In this document: piece after piece, positions 26,966 through 39,053 of the stretch
Layout of the letters: every line of letters begins with the position of its first letter
How positions within the stretch are numbered: the stretch's first letter is position 1
Assembly (NCBI GenBank): GCA_044892525.1
Contig: CM097886.1
Span: 6,014,001 to 6,078,000 of the forward strand
Length of the DNA: 64,000 bases
Source: Schmidtea polychroa
Taxonomy: Eukaryota
Direction: 5' to 3'
Position numbers and translations under genes: made by a program
The notes under the pieces: model-generated
What the model was told of the DNA's origin: nothing
What the model saw: the letters and a program-made list of their open reading frames with translations, nothing else
Databases searched by the model: none

Positions 26966-28582
26966 CCACGATATTATTAAATGTCAGAAAAAACAGACGA
27001 TTTCCAGATTATTTATTTACATTCTTTCAATGAACTTATGCCCAAGCAACATTTCCCATTGTACAGCGTCGCACAGCTATCTTTTTTATAAATAAAAATA
27101 AACTTATATTTAAGTGTCCCGTATTCGTGATTTAGTCGCGCCGGGTGTTTATCAATTCTCTCGGCCCTGTTTCCATTCTTCACTGTTTCTGTAATATTCA
27201 TAATAGACAATCTTTTAACAAGCTGTTGGTTACTTATGGGTGTGTCATTTTTAAAATTTTAAAATATGTTAGGGGTAATCATGGGTATTCACTCGACTCT
27301 TTCCTAAGCACCTCCATGACTATTGTACTTTAAACCATTTGTGTACCCATGGCGACGACCATGTTGGTACTGTACACAAAGGCAAAAAACAATGAGCAGG
27401 TGAGCTCTATTGCTAAAACTACTCCCCATTGTATTTTCTCTTCGGGTTCTAGACTGCCGTTAGAAGGTCTTACGTCATTATTCACTATGTATGCTGTTTT
27501 TAGATTATTTGTGGTCCTCAATTACGGGTATTTCCAATTGTTCTCTTCTAAAATTTTGCGGAGGTATCCACCCTTATTTTCCTACTAATAAATGTTGCTA
27601 GGTATTTTCCTTGATATTTATGAATATTTAACCTATTTTTAAAAAAATTGACAAGGGATCGGCCTTTATTTCCAAGTTAATCCACACTTCCCATAATATT
27701 TAAATTATTCAAAAAATTTGAGCAGGGATCTGTCTGCATTTCTAAGTCTAACCTATTTCCGATCAGAAAATACTTACGGTGACGGACCCGATCAATCCGC
27801 GTGAATCTGAAAAGCCAGCCGACCTACTCGCAAGAGGAACAACTAGTGTCCCTTAAGCTGTGGCCTACTGGATTCCAGCTCCACTATAACTTCTATTCAA
27901 AATTAATTAATGTAAAAGTTGAACCGAATAAAAATTATTATTTAAAAACTTAAAAAGTAAATGAAATCAAACAATTAAAAAGAACAAAAACAAAAAAAAA
28001 TTAACTAAAACTAGATGTAATACAAAGATTTATTAACTTTTAAAAATGTACCTAAAAATTACAAATTAACAAATAAAATTACCACATCCAATACCACGAT
28101 GGCATAAAATCGAAAATTGAGAGCATATGTTCACTGCCTAAAAAACAATGTTGTGTAAATCTGAAAACCAGTTTAACAAGTTGAACAACTGAAATTTCAA
28201 TCCGTATTTATACTGATTGAATTGTACGCCTACGCATTCTCTGCTACTATATCCAATTAGAATGCGAGGCAATTGTGATTAATTTTTGCATACATGCGTG
28301 AATGTGTGCAATTATTTATTTTTAAGATTTATATTTATAAATTCTATATATGAGGAAGTTTTATGATGAAGAAATTTTTAAATTGAAAATTTTAAAAATT
28401 AAAGTTTAGATTAATTTTTAAAAAAACAAAATAAGAAGATATTTTAATAAAAAATATCTTCGTAGAAAATTTGTTTAAATAAGAAAGATTAAAGAAGATA
28501 TAATTTGATTTTGATATTTATTGAAATAAAATTTATGGAAACAAAAACTGATTTTAATGTTTTACAGGATGAACCTCCTAAT

Positions 28583-29625
28583 ATGGTGGCAGCGGTAAAC
28601 ACGGACGCAATCACCGAAAGATTGCTACCAAAGGTATTCTGCCAAGGGGACGATTTGGAAAGGTTCATTAAAAGATGCGAAATTTATTTCGACGCCAAGG
28701 GAATCACGCAGAAGAAAGACCAGGAAAGATTAACATCTTGCATGATTGATGAGGATCTCCTGGAAGTGTACGCCAAAACACTGAAAAAAGCCGAAGGATT
28801 CCAGGCTAGGTTGCGATTGGCATTCGATCGTGAAAGAGATGTTTTAAAGGATCTACAAAACTTGTTGAATTACAAGCGGAAGGGTAAAGAAATAGAAACG
28901 TATTTTAAAAAGGTGGAGGACCTTGTTGATAGGTTGTGCGAAAATAAAGAATTTACCAAAGAGAAATTAACAGCAAGGATGTTAATAGTATGTGCGGAGA
29001 ATAAAGAAGTTGAGAAAGAAGTGATACTACGGAAGATAAAAAGCACAGAAGAGATAAAGGAAACACTAACTCTGATGGACAAAGTAGACAAGCAAAGAGA
29101 GCAGATAAACAGTATGAAAAGTTACGCCAGAGTGGTCTATCAGGAACCACAGGGAAGAGTACAATACAAGAAGAACAGAGAGAAGAAAGTATCCGAAGAG
29201 AAATGCCAGAATGCTGGTTATGTCACAAAATAGAACACACGAAAATTGATTGTCCAATAAAAGGTATAATAGAATGCTGGACATGTCATAGAAGCGGACA
29301 TATAAGTAGAAACTGTCCAGATAAAAAAGCTCCAAGATGTTTTGGGTGTGGGAAAGAAGGTCATATAAGAAGATTGTGTCAGGAAATACGTTGTGAAAGA
29401 TGTAGCAGAAATGGTCATAGATCCGAGGAGTGTTATACAAAGATGAGGTACGGGAGAGCGACGGAGACACAAAGATTCACGGGAAACAGATACAGTCGGA
29501 TAAATGGTATCGAGGAAGAAGAAGAAAGGGAATCGTGTGTAGAGACAAATGAAGATAATTTTAGGAAGACGTACCCAAACAACAGGGCTCCACCAGTAGA
29601 GGAGTTGGTTGGAGCCATATTCTAA
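28583..29625 (+). CDS. gag: Gag of the compact gypsy element, split by one frameshift; four CCHC zinc knuckles
   Basis: ATG at 28583 gives MVAAVNTD..FIKRCEIYF (capsid-like); -1 frame ORF 29203-29625 holds CWLCHKIEHTKIDC, CWTCHRSGHISRNC, CFGCGKEGHIRRLC and CERCSRNGHRSEEC. Confidence 0.85.
29574..29616 (+). promoter_or_regulatory. Putative -1 programmed ribosomal frameshift signal (gag-pol)
   Basis: In-frame C CCA AAC heptamer, 5-nt spacer, then hairpin GGCTCCA(29586-29592)/TGGAGCC(29610-29616); pol is in the -1 frame and open from this point. Confidence 0.75.
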
Positions 29626-29633
29626 CAGAAAAT

Positions 29634-32600
29634 TTGATGGGATATCCTCAAGGGGCAGAAAAGTGGGAGAAAGTATACAGGTTCCTAAAGAGAGAAATGT
29701 TTGAAGAGGAAGTGGAAAGAATTGGAACCATTGAAACGGAGCAGGTTGTTGAAATTTTGTATAACAGAATGCAAGGAAGGCCTAGTATAACAGTAAGGAT
29801 GAATGGGGAAAATTTCGACTGTTTATTAGACACTGGAGCAAGAATCAATATATTGAGTGTGATCTGTTTCAAGAAGCAACGAGGACAACAATTGACGAAA
29901 AGTGACGATAAGTTACGATTCGCAAACGAGAGTACGATCGAGACAATAGGAAAAACGAAGGTGCAAGTAACCATTGGAAATGTTTCGAAGGAAGTTATAT
30001 TCATTGTGGCGGAGGAAGTGACACCAGACGTGATTGGAGGAATCGAATTTCAAGAAACATTTGGATTTAGACTGTTAAAAATTAAAGATATCGAGGCTAG
30101 TGAAAAAGACAAGAACTATATTTGTAACATTGAAGCAAAATTTGGCAGAAAAATAAGGGATGAAGAACGATTGATACGAGCGTTGGAGCAGTTAAAGATC
30201 AATGAAGATAGCAAATTAAAGGAAATTATAACAAACAGTGGAAACGTGTTTATGGCAGATAAATGGGATGTGGGTCGCACACATTTGGTAAAACACAAGA
30301 TAGTTACAAGAGGTGAGCCGATAAACATAAAACCATATCGCCAACCACTAAATTTGGAATCAAAGATTGAAGAAGCAATACAAAATTTGTACGAAAATGG
30401 AATTATACGGAAATGTAACTCTCCATGGAATACACCGCTAATATGTGTATGGAAAAAAGAGAAAAAGGATATTAGACTATGCTTAGACTTTAGACAGTTG
30501 AACGCGGTAACAGAGAGGCAGGCATTTCCAATGCCAAACATAGACGAGATGTTGGATTTGTTAGGAGGATCCGTCTTTTTCAGCTCAATCGATCTAGGTA
30601 ATGCATATTACCAAGTCGAACTAGAAGAAGAATCACAGGAGAAAACAGATTTCTCAACAAAGAACGGACAATATTGTTTCAACAGAATGCCGTTTGGAAT
30701 TGCAGCAGCACCAGGTACGTTCCAAGAAATGATGACAAAAGTATTAGGCAAAATAAAGGGAGAAATGGTGTATTTGGACGACATCTTGATTTATTCAAGC
30801 AGTAAAGAGAAACACTATACAATACTCGGAGAAGTGTTAGAGGCGATTGAGGAAGCAGGCCTAAGGATTAATCCAGAAAAATGCCAAATAATAAAGGAAG
30901 AAATCAGATCCTTAGGACACATAATCAGCAAGGAAGGAGTACAGACAGATCCATCTAAAATTCAGGCCATACAGAACTTTGGGAAGCCTAATTGCGTAAA
31001 GAAACTCCGAAGCTTTTTAGGTATTTGCAATTATTATAGAAGATTCATCAGTGATTATGCAAAGAAGGCAAGGATGTTAGAACAATTATGTAGCGGACCA
31101 AGTAACAAAAAATTAGAATGGAGTGAAGGAACGAATAGCGTGTTTGAGGGATTGAAATTAGCACTCACGACGGCGCCAATCTTATGTTTTCCGGATCTGA
31201 AAAAGGAGTTCATTTTAGATACCGACGCTAGTTTCGATACCATTGGAGCAGTACTTTCACAAAGAGATAAAGATGGAAAGGAAAGAGTAATTGCGTATGG
31301 ATCACACTCGATGACGAGCCACAAGAAAGGATATTGTATTACAAGAAAGGAACTATTGGCGGTATATTATTTTTGCATTCATTTTAAGAACTATCTCTAC
31401 GGAAGAAGATTCACGCTCAGGACAGACCACAAGGCAATCACGTTTATGATGACAACCAAGAAGCCGATTACTTCACAATTCCAAACATGGATCAATTATT
31501 TGAGCAGTTTAGATATAAGAGTAGAATACAGAAAGGGTATTAATCACCAAAATGCAGACATGGTGTCGAGAACTAAATGTGACACGTGTGTTCAATGTCA
31601 AATGGCCCACGAAGAAGCTAAGAAAGGAAAGATAAAAACAAGATTACTAGACTCGATCAGAGAAGAGGGAAGAAGCAACATTCAACATGGAATTGTAGAA
31701 GAAGTACGAAAGAAAACGATGATACCTGAAAATGAGTTACAAGAAACAATAAAGGAAATACATAGACTATTGTGTCATGCTGGAGTCGAGAAGATAGCCG
31801 ATTATATGAAAGATAGATATATTGGAAAACACCTGTGGAGTAAGATTCAGGAGATTGTTCGAAGTTGTGAGATTTGTCAAAAAACCAAGGCTTTAACAAT
31901 AACAACGAAAGAACCAGTAAAAAGACAAGATTCGAAGGAAATGTTCGAAATTATATTCGTGGATATATGTGGACAGTTGGCAGAAACAAAAGGACGTAAG
32001 AAGTATATATTGGGCATAATAGATCAGTATAGTAAGTATCAAGTCTTGACAGCGATAACAAAACAAGACGAAGAAACAATAAAGAAAACGATTTTAGAAA
32101 AGTGGATTTTAAGATTTGGATGCCCAAAGGAGATAAGAGCTGATTGCGGAAAGGCGTTTGAATCAGGAATGATGAGAGAATTCACAAAGATGCTAGATAT
32201 TAAATTATGTTTATCGAGTCCATACCATCACCAAACAAACGGTCAGATAGAAAGGCAATTCCGGACAATACGGGATTTGATAAATGCTACTTTACAGGAT
32301 AGAAAGAAGACGGATTGGGCAGAGATATTACCAGAAGTCGAATTCACTTTAAATGCAACCAAACAAAAAACGACAGGGAAAAGCCCGGCAGAGATAGTTT
32401 TTGGAAAAAAGATAAGCAGGGAAAAATGGTACGGGTCCAAAGAAATACCGATAAAGGAAGAACTAGAAGAACAAACAAGGAGAAAATTCAATGTAGGAGA
32501 AGAAGTATTAGTAAAAGTAGAAACACGCCACAAAGGCCAGGACAGGTATGAAGGTCCGTACAAAGTGATAGAGAAAGTGCATGACAGACGATACATCTTA

Positions 32601-32672
32601 AGAAATGAAGATGGAAAAAGGATCGAAAGAAATGTGGAAAAACTTAAAAATTTCTTAAGAAGGGGGATATGA
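29634..32672 (+). CDS. pol: Pol polyprotein (protease-RT-RNase H-integrase), uninterrupted
   Basis: LLDTGA (protease), YLDD (RT), ILDTDAS (RNase H), H..CHAG..CEIC, D-D-E and GPY motifs (integrase); gypsy domain order; no chromodomain. Confidence 0.95.
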   Translation: MMGYPQGAEKWEKVYRFLKREMFEEEVERIGTIETEQVVEILYNRMQGRPSITVRMNGENFDCLLDTGARINILSVICFKKQRGQQLTKSDDKLRFANESTIETIGKTKVQVTIGNVSKEVIFIVAEEVTPDVIGGIEFQETFGFRLLKIKDIEASEKDKNYICNIEAKFGRKIRDEERLIRALEQLKINEDSKLKEIITNSGNVFMADKWDVGRTHLVKHKIVTRGEPINIKPYRQPLNLESKIEEAIQNLYENGIIRKCNSPWNTPLICVWKKEKKDIRLCLDFRQLNAVTERQAFPMPNIDEMLDLLGGSVFFSSIDLGNAYYQVELEEESQEKTDFSTKNGQYCFNRMPFGIAAAPGTFQEMMTKVLGKIKGEMVYLDDILIYSSSKEKHYTILGEVLEAIEEAGLRINPEKCQIIKEEIRSLGHIISKEGVQTDPSKIQAIQNFGKPNCVKKLRSFLGICNYYRRFISDYAKKARMLEQLCSGPSNKKLEWSEGTNSVFEGLKLALTTAPILCFPDLKKEFILDTDASFDTIGAVLSQRDKDGKERVIAYGSHSMTSHKKGYCITRKELLAVYYFCIHFKNYLYGRRFTLRTDHKAITFMMTTKKPITSQFQTWINYLSSLDIRVEYRKGINHQNADMVSRTKCDTCVQCQMAHEEAKKGKIKTRLLDSIREEGRSNIQHGIVEEVRKKTMIPENELQETIKEIHRLLCHAGVEKIADYMKDRYIGKHLWSKIQEIVRSCEICQKTKALTITTKEPVKRQDSKEMFEIIFVDICGQLAETKGRKKYILGIIDQYSKYQVLTAITKQDEETIKKTILEKWILRFGCPKEIRADCGKAFESGMMREFTKMLDIKLCLSSPYHHQTNGQIERQFRTIRDLINATLQDRKKTDWAEILPEVEFTLNATKQKTTGKSPAEIVFGKKISREKWYGSKEIPIKEELEEQTRRKFNVGEEVLVKVETRHKGQDRYEGPYKVIEKVHDRRYILRNEDGKRIERNVEKLKNFLRRGI

Positions 32673-33369
32673 GGAAGTTTTATGATGAAGAAATTTTTAA
32701 ATTGAAAATTTTAAAAATTAAAGTTTAGATTAATTTTTAAAAAACAAAATAAGAAGATATTTTAATTAAAAATATCTTAGTAGAAAATTTGTTTAAATAA
32801 GAAAGATTAAAGAAGATATAATTTGATTTTGATATTTATTGAAATAAAATTTATGGAAACAAAAACTGATTTTAATGTTTTACAGGATGAACCTCCTAAT
32901 ACTATAATTTAAGCAGTTTTTGCTAATTTCAATTTAGTTTTACAAGTTTTATAATTTAAATAAGTTTAGTTAATTTTATTTTAGTTTCATTGATTTAAAC
33001 AATTTGGTTTTATAAATTTTATAATTCATCTAATTTTACTACTTTTATTCTACCTTTATCATTTTATCAGTTTACTAGATATTTTATTTTAAATTTATTT
33101 ATTTAACAATTTTTCATATTATTAATTAATTTATTACCCATTATTTTATTTATTATTATTTTAATTTTTAGTTGTTAGATATTCCGAATGCGATATTTCT
33201 CCTAATGATGTTAGTGATTGCGACCTTTTTTTGCGTTCCTTTATTTTATTACTCGTTCTTATTTATCATCAATGTGTTATGTACTTTAATTTGTATTGAT
33301 TGGTATTTTAATTTAATTTTGGTGCGATTTTTATGTCATATATTTTTGATTCATTAAAACAAGCTTTCA

Positions 33370-33560
33370 ATTCTCGGTGCTAACCCAACAAAGCACTGAA
33401 ATTTGAGGAGTTCAAAATACAGCTGTAGAAACTTTTCTACCACAGTAAATGTGTTTGTGAGCGAAAGTCTTTGCAATTAGCAAGGGAGATTGTTCCACCG
33501 GTGTTCTAAATAGTTGATTGTTATTAGCGTATCATCGATTTACCAACTAGCGAACCTTTT
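33370..33560 (-). pseudogene. Short degenerate gypsy RT fragment
   Basis: FASW*IDDTLI..YLEHRWNNLPC*LQRL..EK resembles the YxDD region. Confidence 0.4.
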
Positions 33561-33750
33561 ACTGTGTGAAGTCCTTTTACCGTGGGATAATTTATTTGGC
33601 CTGGCTTGTAGTATTGGTGCGTGTTAATATTTGAAAAATAAAACCGCAATCTAGATTTTAACTCTTGAGATCATTTATTTCAATTTGTTCCTCGTATTAG
33701 TCATCGTGTTATTACTGAAATATAGATTTAAACTTTTCGATATCAATATA

Positions 33751-35378
33751 TAGGGTTTCACGACCAATTTAATAATATTTGCAACCAATTTCATAATTTC
33801 TCGTTCAATTTCATAATTTTTGCAATCAATTCCATAATTTTTGCAATCAAATTCATAATTTCCCGACCAATTTAATAACTTTTGCAATCAAATTCATAAT
33901 ATTTGCAATCAATTTCATAAAAAAATCCTTATTTTTAATTTAAAAAATATTTTATTAAACCCCTATGTCAAATTCAATTTTCAATTCAAACTTAGAAGAG
34001 GACATAGAAGAACCAAGTTCCGAGGAGCGAAATCATACAAACGTTTCTTTGATGTTGGCAACCCCTACAAACACAGCGTTCGCCTCTCCTGTCGCGGAAG
34101 AAACCGGCATACCTAGGAAGATAAATGTAAGTATTTCGGCTAATGATAGAGAGCGGATTATTACAAAGACATTGGAAGGGCATTCGGTAGCAGCGATATC
34201 CTCCATGTACAGCATTAAATATCAAACTGTAAATAGTATTGTTAAAAAATACTTAAAAACTGGTATAATATTTGAGGAAAAGAGTGGCGGTGATAAGCGC
34301 TCTAAGCTTCCAGAGCACGTAAAAGAGGCTCTCATGAGAAACGTTAATGAGGAGTGTACTAAAAGCCTCAAAGATATGAAGAAGTGGATACAAAGCAGTT
34401 TCGGAATCAATGTTTCGATCAGTACCGTCGATCGTGCGCTTTGCCAGTTTCATTACACACTGAAACGCGTGACATTGGTACCTGAACGTCGAAATTGTAG
34501 TTCGACAATTGAGATCCGAGCCATTTATGCAAGCATGTTACGAACCTTAGAAATTGAAAGTGATGATAAAAATTTTGTCTTCCTCGATGAAGTTGGATTT
34601 GCGGTGGTAACACGCCCATCTCGTGGAAGAAGCTCCAAAGGATCATCGCCCTATCTCTCTGTGCCGGCTGCAAGAAGCAGAAATATTTCTGTCGTTGCTG
34701 CAATGAACAAATACGGTATGATCTACCATAAAATCCAGGAAAGAGCTGTTAATGGTGAAGATTTTAAAACATGCTTAAAAGAAATCCATGATTGCTGTAT
34801 TCGCTTAGGAATAGTTTCCCCCATCTTTATAATGGATAATGCCCGCATACATCATTACAGGGGGTTGATTGATGACGCAGAAATATTGTCCTATGGGATA
34901 CAATACCTTCCGCCTTATTCTCCGTTTTTGAACCCCATCGAAAACGTGTTTTCCGTTTGGAAAAATTGTGTCATTCGCAGCAATGCGCGCACTGAAGCAG
35001 AATTAAGAAGCAATATTACCGACAATTTTTATCAAATAACACCTGAACATTGTGCTTCTTTTTATCGAAAAATGCTTAAATATTTACAAAAAGCGGAGTT
35101 AAGACTGGAGATTCTTGAATAGTAAATCTTTAGCTTGAAATTTTTTAAGAATATTTTTTATATTTATAAAATATATTTATATAATTGGTGTTTATTTTTT
35201 AATTTTTTTTATGAAATTGATTGCAAATATTATGAATTTGATTGCAAAAGTTATTAAATTGGTCGGGAAATTATGAATTTGATTACAAAAATTATGGAAT
35301 TGATTGCAAAAATTATGAAATTGAACGAGAAATTATGAAATTGGTTGCAAATATTATTAAATTGGTCGTGAAACCCTA
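33751..35378 (+). mobile_element. Intact IS630/Tc1-mariner superfamily DNA transposon (1628 bp)
   Basis: About 174-bp near-perfect TIRs (33751-33924, 35204-35378) starting TAGGGTTTCACGACC, TA duplication, single ORF inside. Confidence 0.95.
33965..35122 (+). CDS. DD34E transposase, IS630-like
   Basis: HTH N-terminus; FLDEVGF, MDNARIHH and LPPYSPFLNPIE, with 34 residues between the second D and the E. Confidence 0.95.
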   Translation: MSNSIFNSNLEEDIEEPSSEERNHTNVSLMLATPTNTAFASPVAEETGIPRKINVSISANDRERIITKTLEGHSVAAISSMYSIKYQTVNSIVKKYLKTGIIFEEKSGGDKRSKLPEHVKEALMRNVNEECTKSLKDMKKWIQSSFGINVSISTVDRALCQFHYTLKRVTLVPERRNCSSTIEIRAIYASMLRTLEIESDDKNFVFLDEVGFAVVTRPSRGRSSKGSSPYLSVPAARSRNISVVAAMNKYGMIYHKIQERAVNGEDFKTCLKEIHDCCIRLGIVSPIFIMDNARIHHYRGLIDDAEILSYGIQYLPPYSPFLNPIENVFSVWKNCVIRSNARTEAELRSNITDNFYQITPEHCASFYRKMLKYLQKAELRLEILE

Positions 35379-35380
35379 TA

Positions 35381-36275
35381 ATTGTAGATGAAGCCTCAAA
35401 GAAACTACACTGAATGATTCGTGATGCATACTTTCAAAAATGGACAGAAGCCAACCGCCAAGGCCATATTCTGAGATTACCACAATCAGAATACACAGAA
35501 TGGAAAATGCCGAAGAACCTGAAAGACTACGAATGGAGATTCATAATTAAGGCTCGAGCTAACATGCTTGACATAAATATGAAACAATCAAACCAAGGAG
35601 GCAGATTAGGCAGCACAGAGTGCAGAAACTGTGAAAATCCCCATGAATCATACATACATGTCCTAAACATATATGTGAGAGGAAACAGAATGAGGACCAA
35701 CAAGCACAATGAAATACAAAAAGCACTGGAAGAAATATTAAGAAACAAAGGAATCAATTTTGAAACAGAAAGAAAACCAAAAGAAGCGAAGGAAATGTTA
35801 AAACCAGACATTGTAACCAGATTAAAGGATCACATAATGATAATAGATGTAAAATGCCCATTTGATGACCATCCAACCATTGAAGCATCAAGAACAAAAA
35901 ACCAAAACAAATACAGAAAATTAGCACAAGACATCCAAGAAGCAACAAACACATATACAACAGTAGAAACATTCGTGGTATGCTCCCTCGGAACATGAGA
36001 CAAGCGGAATAATGATGTATTCGAAAAATTGGGACTCGGATATGAAGAATACATGCCGATAAAGAACAATATGATAGATAGAGTGATTAAAGGCTCCAGA
36101 AAAACATATGAAAATCATCGGGGCTTCTATCAAAAAACGAGAATGGATGATTGTGTCCGCATCCTTAAAATGGCACACATTAATATTAAACACCACATAC
36201 AGTAGCTCGCCTACTGTATTTGGCCTGGCATATTTATTATGCTGACTTTCATTTTCATTAATAAATTTTTGTATA
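35381..36275 (+). mobile_element. 5'-truncated RLE-type (R2/NeSL/CRE-like) non-LTR retrotransposon
   Basis: CRNC..HESYIHVLN..KHNEIQKAL, KPDIV and IIDVKCPF (CCHC-like plus PD-(D/E)xK endonuclease); in-frame stop at 35996; AT-rich 3' tail. Confidence 0.85.
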
Positions 36276-37694
36276 AATTTGTTTGGTTTTAGATTACTTT
36301 AAGTCGGTTCCCTCTGACTCCTAGTGTTCTTTAAATCAAAACAATGAACGACCCAACGTATATTGAAACAACAGGTTCACAATTTATTATCACCACTTTA
36401 CAATCACTAATCAAAGTTCCGTTTGTACGATTCTCCGCTCGGCGTTGATGCTTTGCAAATAGATAATATTCACCTTTTATTCCTTTAGATTCTCTTGACC
36501 CACGTTTTCCTCGGTTTCTGTTTGATTTGATTTCTTGTTCACCTTTCCGTATTCCTAATTCTATTTCTTCTTTTCCATACTTTCCCTAATTCGTTTTCGC
36601 CTTTTCCTAAGCTCTGTTTCTTCCAACCTTAGCTGAGGCAAAATGCCGATTTTCTCTGATTTTCCCTTTCCTTATATACTCCTCGAAATCAGGATGACAA
36701 ATGGTTATTGCCGAGCCAATCTTTCATTTGACATTTGCTCCCACGTATCTGCTTCGGCTGTCACCCATAATGGTCCAACGAATCTAGATAATTAATGGCC
36801 CTTCCGGTCTTCCTACGCGCGCTACCTTCTTGCTTTTTTCCCATTATTCATTGCTTCAAGCTAATGGGCCCAAATCTTCCTTCTGTTTGCTTTTCTTCTT
36901 GTTTACCCAGCTCGGGTTTCCTTTATATCTCGGGTTTCCCATTAGCTCGGGTTTTCCATTAGCCAATTTATTAATTAATTAACGTTTTCTGTTTTCATAC
37001 ATTTGAATGCTTTTCGACCCTTCCTAACCATTTTCTGATAAATCCCTAATCATCATCTTGTTGACCATTAGCTAATCTATACCTGTCCCGTTTTCCCCAT
37101 TCGATTTCGATGATTTTACCATTTATTGATTTTTCTCGGATTTCCGTATTCTTGCCTTTCGTAATTGCTTTTGGCATTTTCTAATACTGCTTCCATGACA
37201 CTTTCCTTTACTATTGATTCTGTGCATGATCCCGCTTTTATTCGTCTTTTTTCTTCGCTTACTTTCTATTTGAATTATTAGCCTATATTTCATTTAAATT
37301 TTATTTTAATTTACGGACCTCAACATATCTCCCCCTTAAAAAAATTTTTTCGTCCTCGAAATCTATGTTTTGCTGTGATTATCCCTTCACAATTATTGTG
37401 TGGACTCAGTTTTTGTTTCATCTTCTGTGGTGACTTTGACATCGGAAGCCTATGAAACGGTTTTTTTGACGAGGCACTGACGAACATATCTGTTTGAGGG
37501 CTTGGATGCTGATTGAGATAGGGTAGATATCACTGAAATTATAATTAATTTTTTTTACATTCAAACCTTTTGACGGCTGTCATGCTTTAATAATTTCGAA
37601 TCTAAATAAATAAGACCCATAGACGATTTACTTATGGTCTCACAGTGTAAAAGTGGTGCAACGAGATATTTAATAAATCTCCAACGAAAATTAG

Positions 37695-38218
37695 TTAAAA
37701 ATATAATAAGAAATCTAAAGAATATGAAACAACTTTAACTGATAAAAATAATCTAGATAAAACTTTGGCATAAAAACTACAACCGTTGTAATGACGCATC
37801 AACATCGCAACAACCATTGGAAACGTGAACAATAGGAAGACCGTATTTAAAGCCAAATATCCGCAAATTCGATTCATGTCAAGATTATTTTTCTGCAGGT
37901 CTGTAATTTGGCTCTTTGAATTTTTGCTGTCCACCACTTTGTGAGAACTGAGGACGCTGTATACATACAATTTGGAACGTATTCCGTTATCCAGCACATA
38001 GTAAGTGAGTACGTATCTCATTTTATCTTATACTCCAGATTCCAATGTTCCAAGCCTTTACTCATGACATCGTCCATCAGAGAATTCATTATTAAAATCA
38101 CAACATGATTACTAGAGATTGCACAAAATAAATGGAAAAACGACTTTTTATGTTCAAATAGATATACCATAATCATGATAACCTGTCCAAGAATTCCAAA
38201 AATAGAAATAATTGGCAA
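37695..38218 (-). pseudogene. Rhodopsin-class GPCR-like fragments (cargo)
   Basis: PIISIFGILGQVIMIMVYL (TM1-like) and LALNTVFLLFTFPMVVAML..VVSYSLDFLLYF (TM6/TM7-like) in two overlapping ORFs; much shorter than a full 7TM receptor. Confidence 0.45.
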
Positions 38219-39053
38219 TGAATAATCTAGAAATGGAGATAAACAGATTTATCAGACTGGCTAATTAACAAAGACGATTGATGTTAAATTTTTGTTGGTA
38301 ACCTCACAACCGAAATAAATTTTGAAAATCGGGTTGTAATCCTTGATATAGCATGAGAAACGCAAAATTCCATTCGGCAGTTGAGTTTGTCTAATTTGCG
38401 GCTGATTATTGAGTTCATCTGAAAGAACAGACACCAACAATTGATAATAAAGATGCCAACGTAAGGGATCCATTCACTATTTATTAGCATTCATTAATTG
38501 TCATAAATAGTTAAGAAATTATTAATCGATTGCCAGTACATGGATAATGGAATTATAATCGCCAATGAATACATCCGAATAAAAAAAACAAATTATCCAT
38601 TAAAACAAACGGTGTTGTTAGGAAATACACACAGACAGTTGTGCATGTCACACACAAACACGATGAGAATTTTCTCTGCCTGTGCAAGTGAGTTGATTTC
38701 GTTGCCAGTGATACAGGAAAATTTGATTTAATTTTCACAGAATTAAAGAATCATCACTCTCCACTGTCATTTGGAGAGCGCGTGTATTTAAAGTTCACTG
38801 TGACTGCATGTATCGATTCCCCTTCTCTTGGGAGATGTGTTACAGTTATTAAGATTAAATTGTTAAAGCACATTTCAAGAAGCTTTCTTACTTACTATCT
38901 TTTTGGTGTGCGTTGGAGTTTGTATGTATTGACTGTCCTGTGCAATCAACTAATCTTCAATTCCAGATCGACGACAATGACTGTTCATGTTTAAATTCAA
39001 GATCACGAATAATAATTTTATTTTTGAATAATAACAATTTGTCCATGTCAATA

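Larger units (their letters stand above)
28349..32901 (+). mobile_element. Full-length compact Ty3/gypsy LTR retrotransposon (4553 bp)
   Basis: LTRs 28349-28583 and 32668-32901 (3 differences seen), 5-bp TSD CTATA, PBS TGGTGGCAGCGGT (tRNA-Leu 3' complement) at 28584, PPT AAGAAGGGGGA at 32657-32667, gag and pol inside. Confidence 0.95.

Noticed and set aside
27456-27495. GCCGTTAGAAGGTCTTA resembles the start of the planarian spliced leader as I recall it; a weaker match lies near 44312-44330 on the minus strand
   Set aside because: Similarity stops after 17 nt, with no AUG|GU junction or Sm site. A search with the true SL RNA would settle it.
28870-32596. Numerous short antisense ORFs over gag-pol (likewise over the Ub-Gag and transposase ORFs)
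   Set aside because: Shadow ORFs from purine-biased coding strands, with no recognisable motifs.
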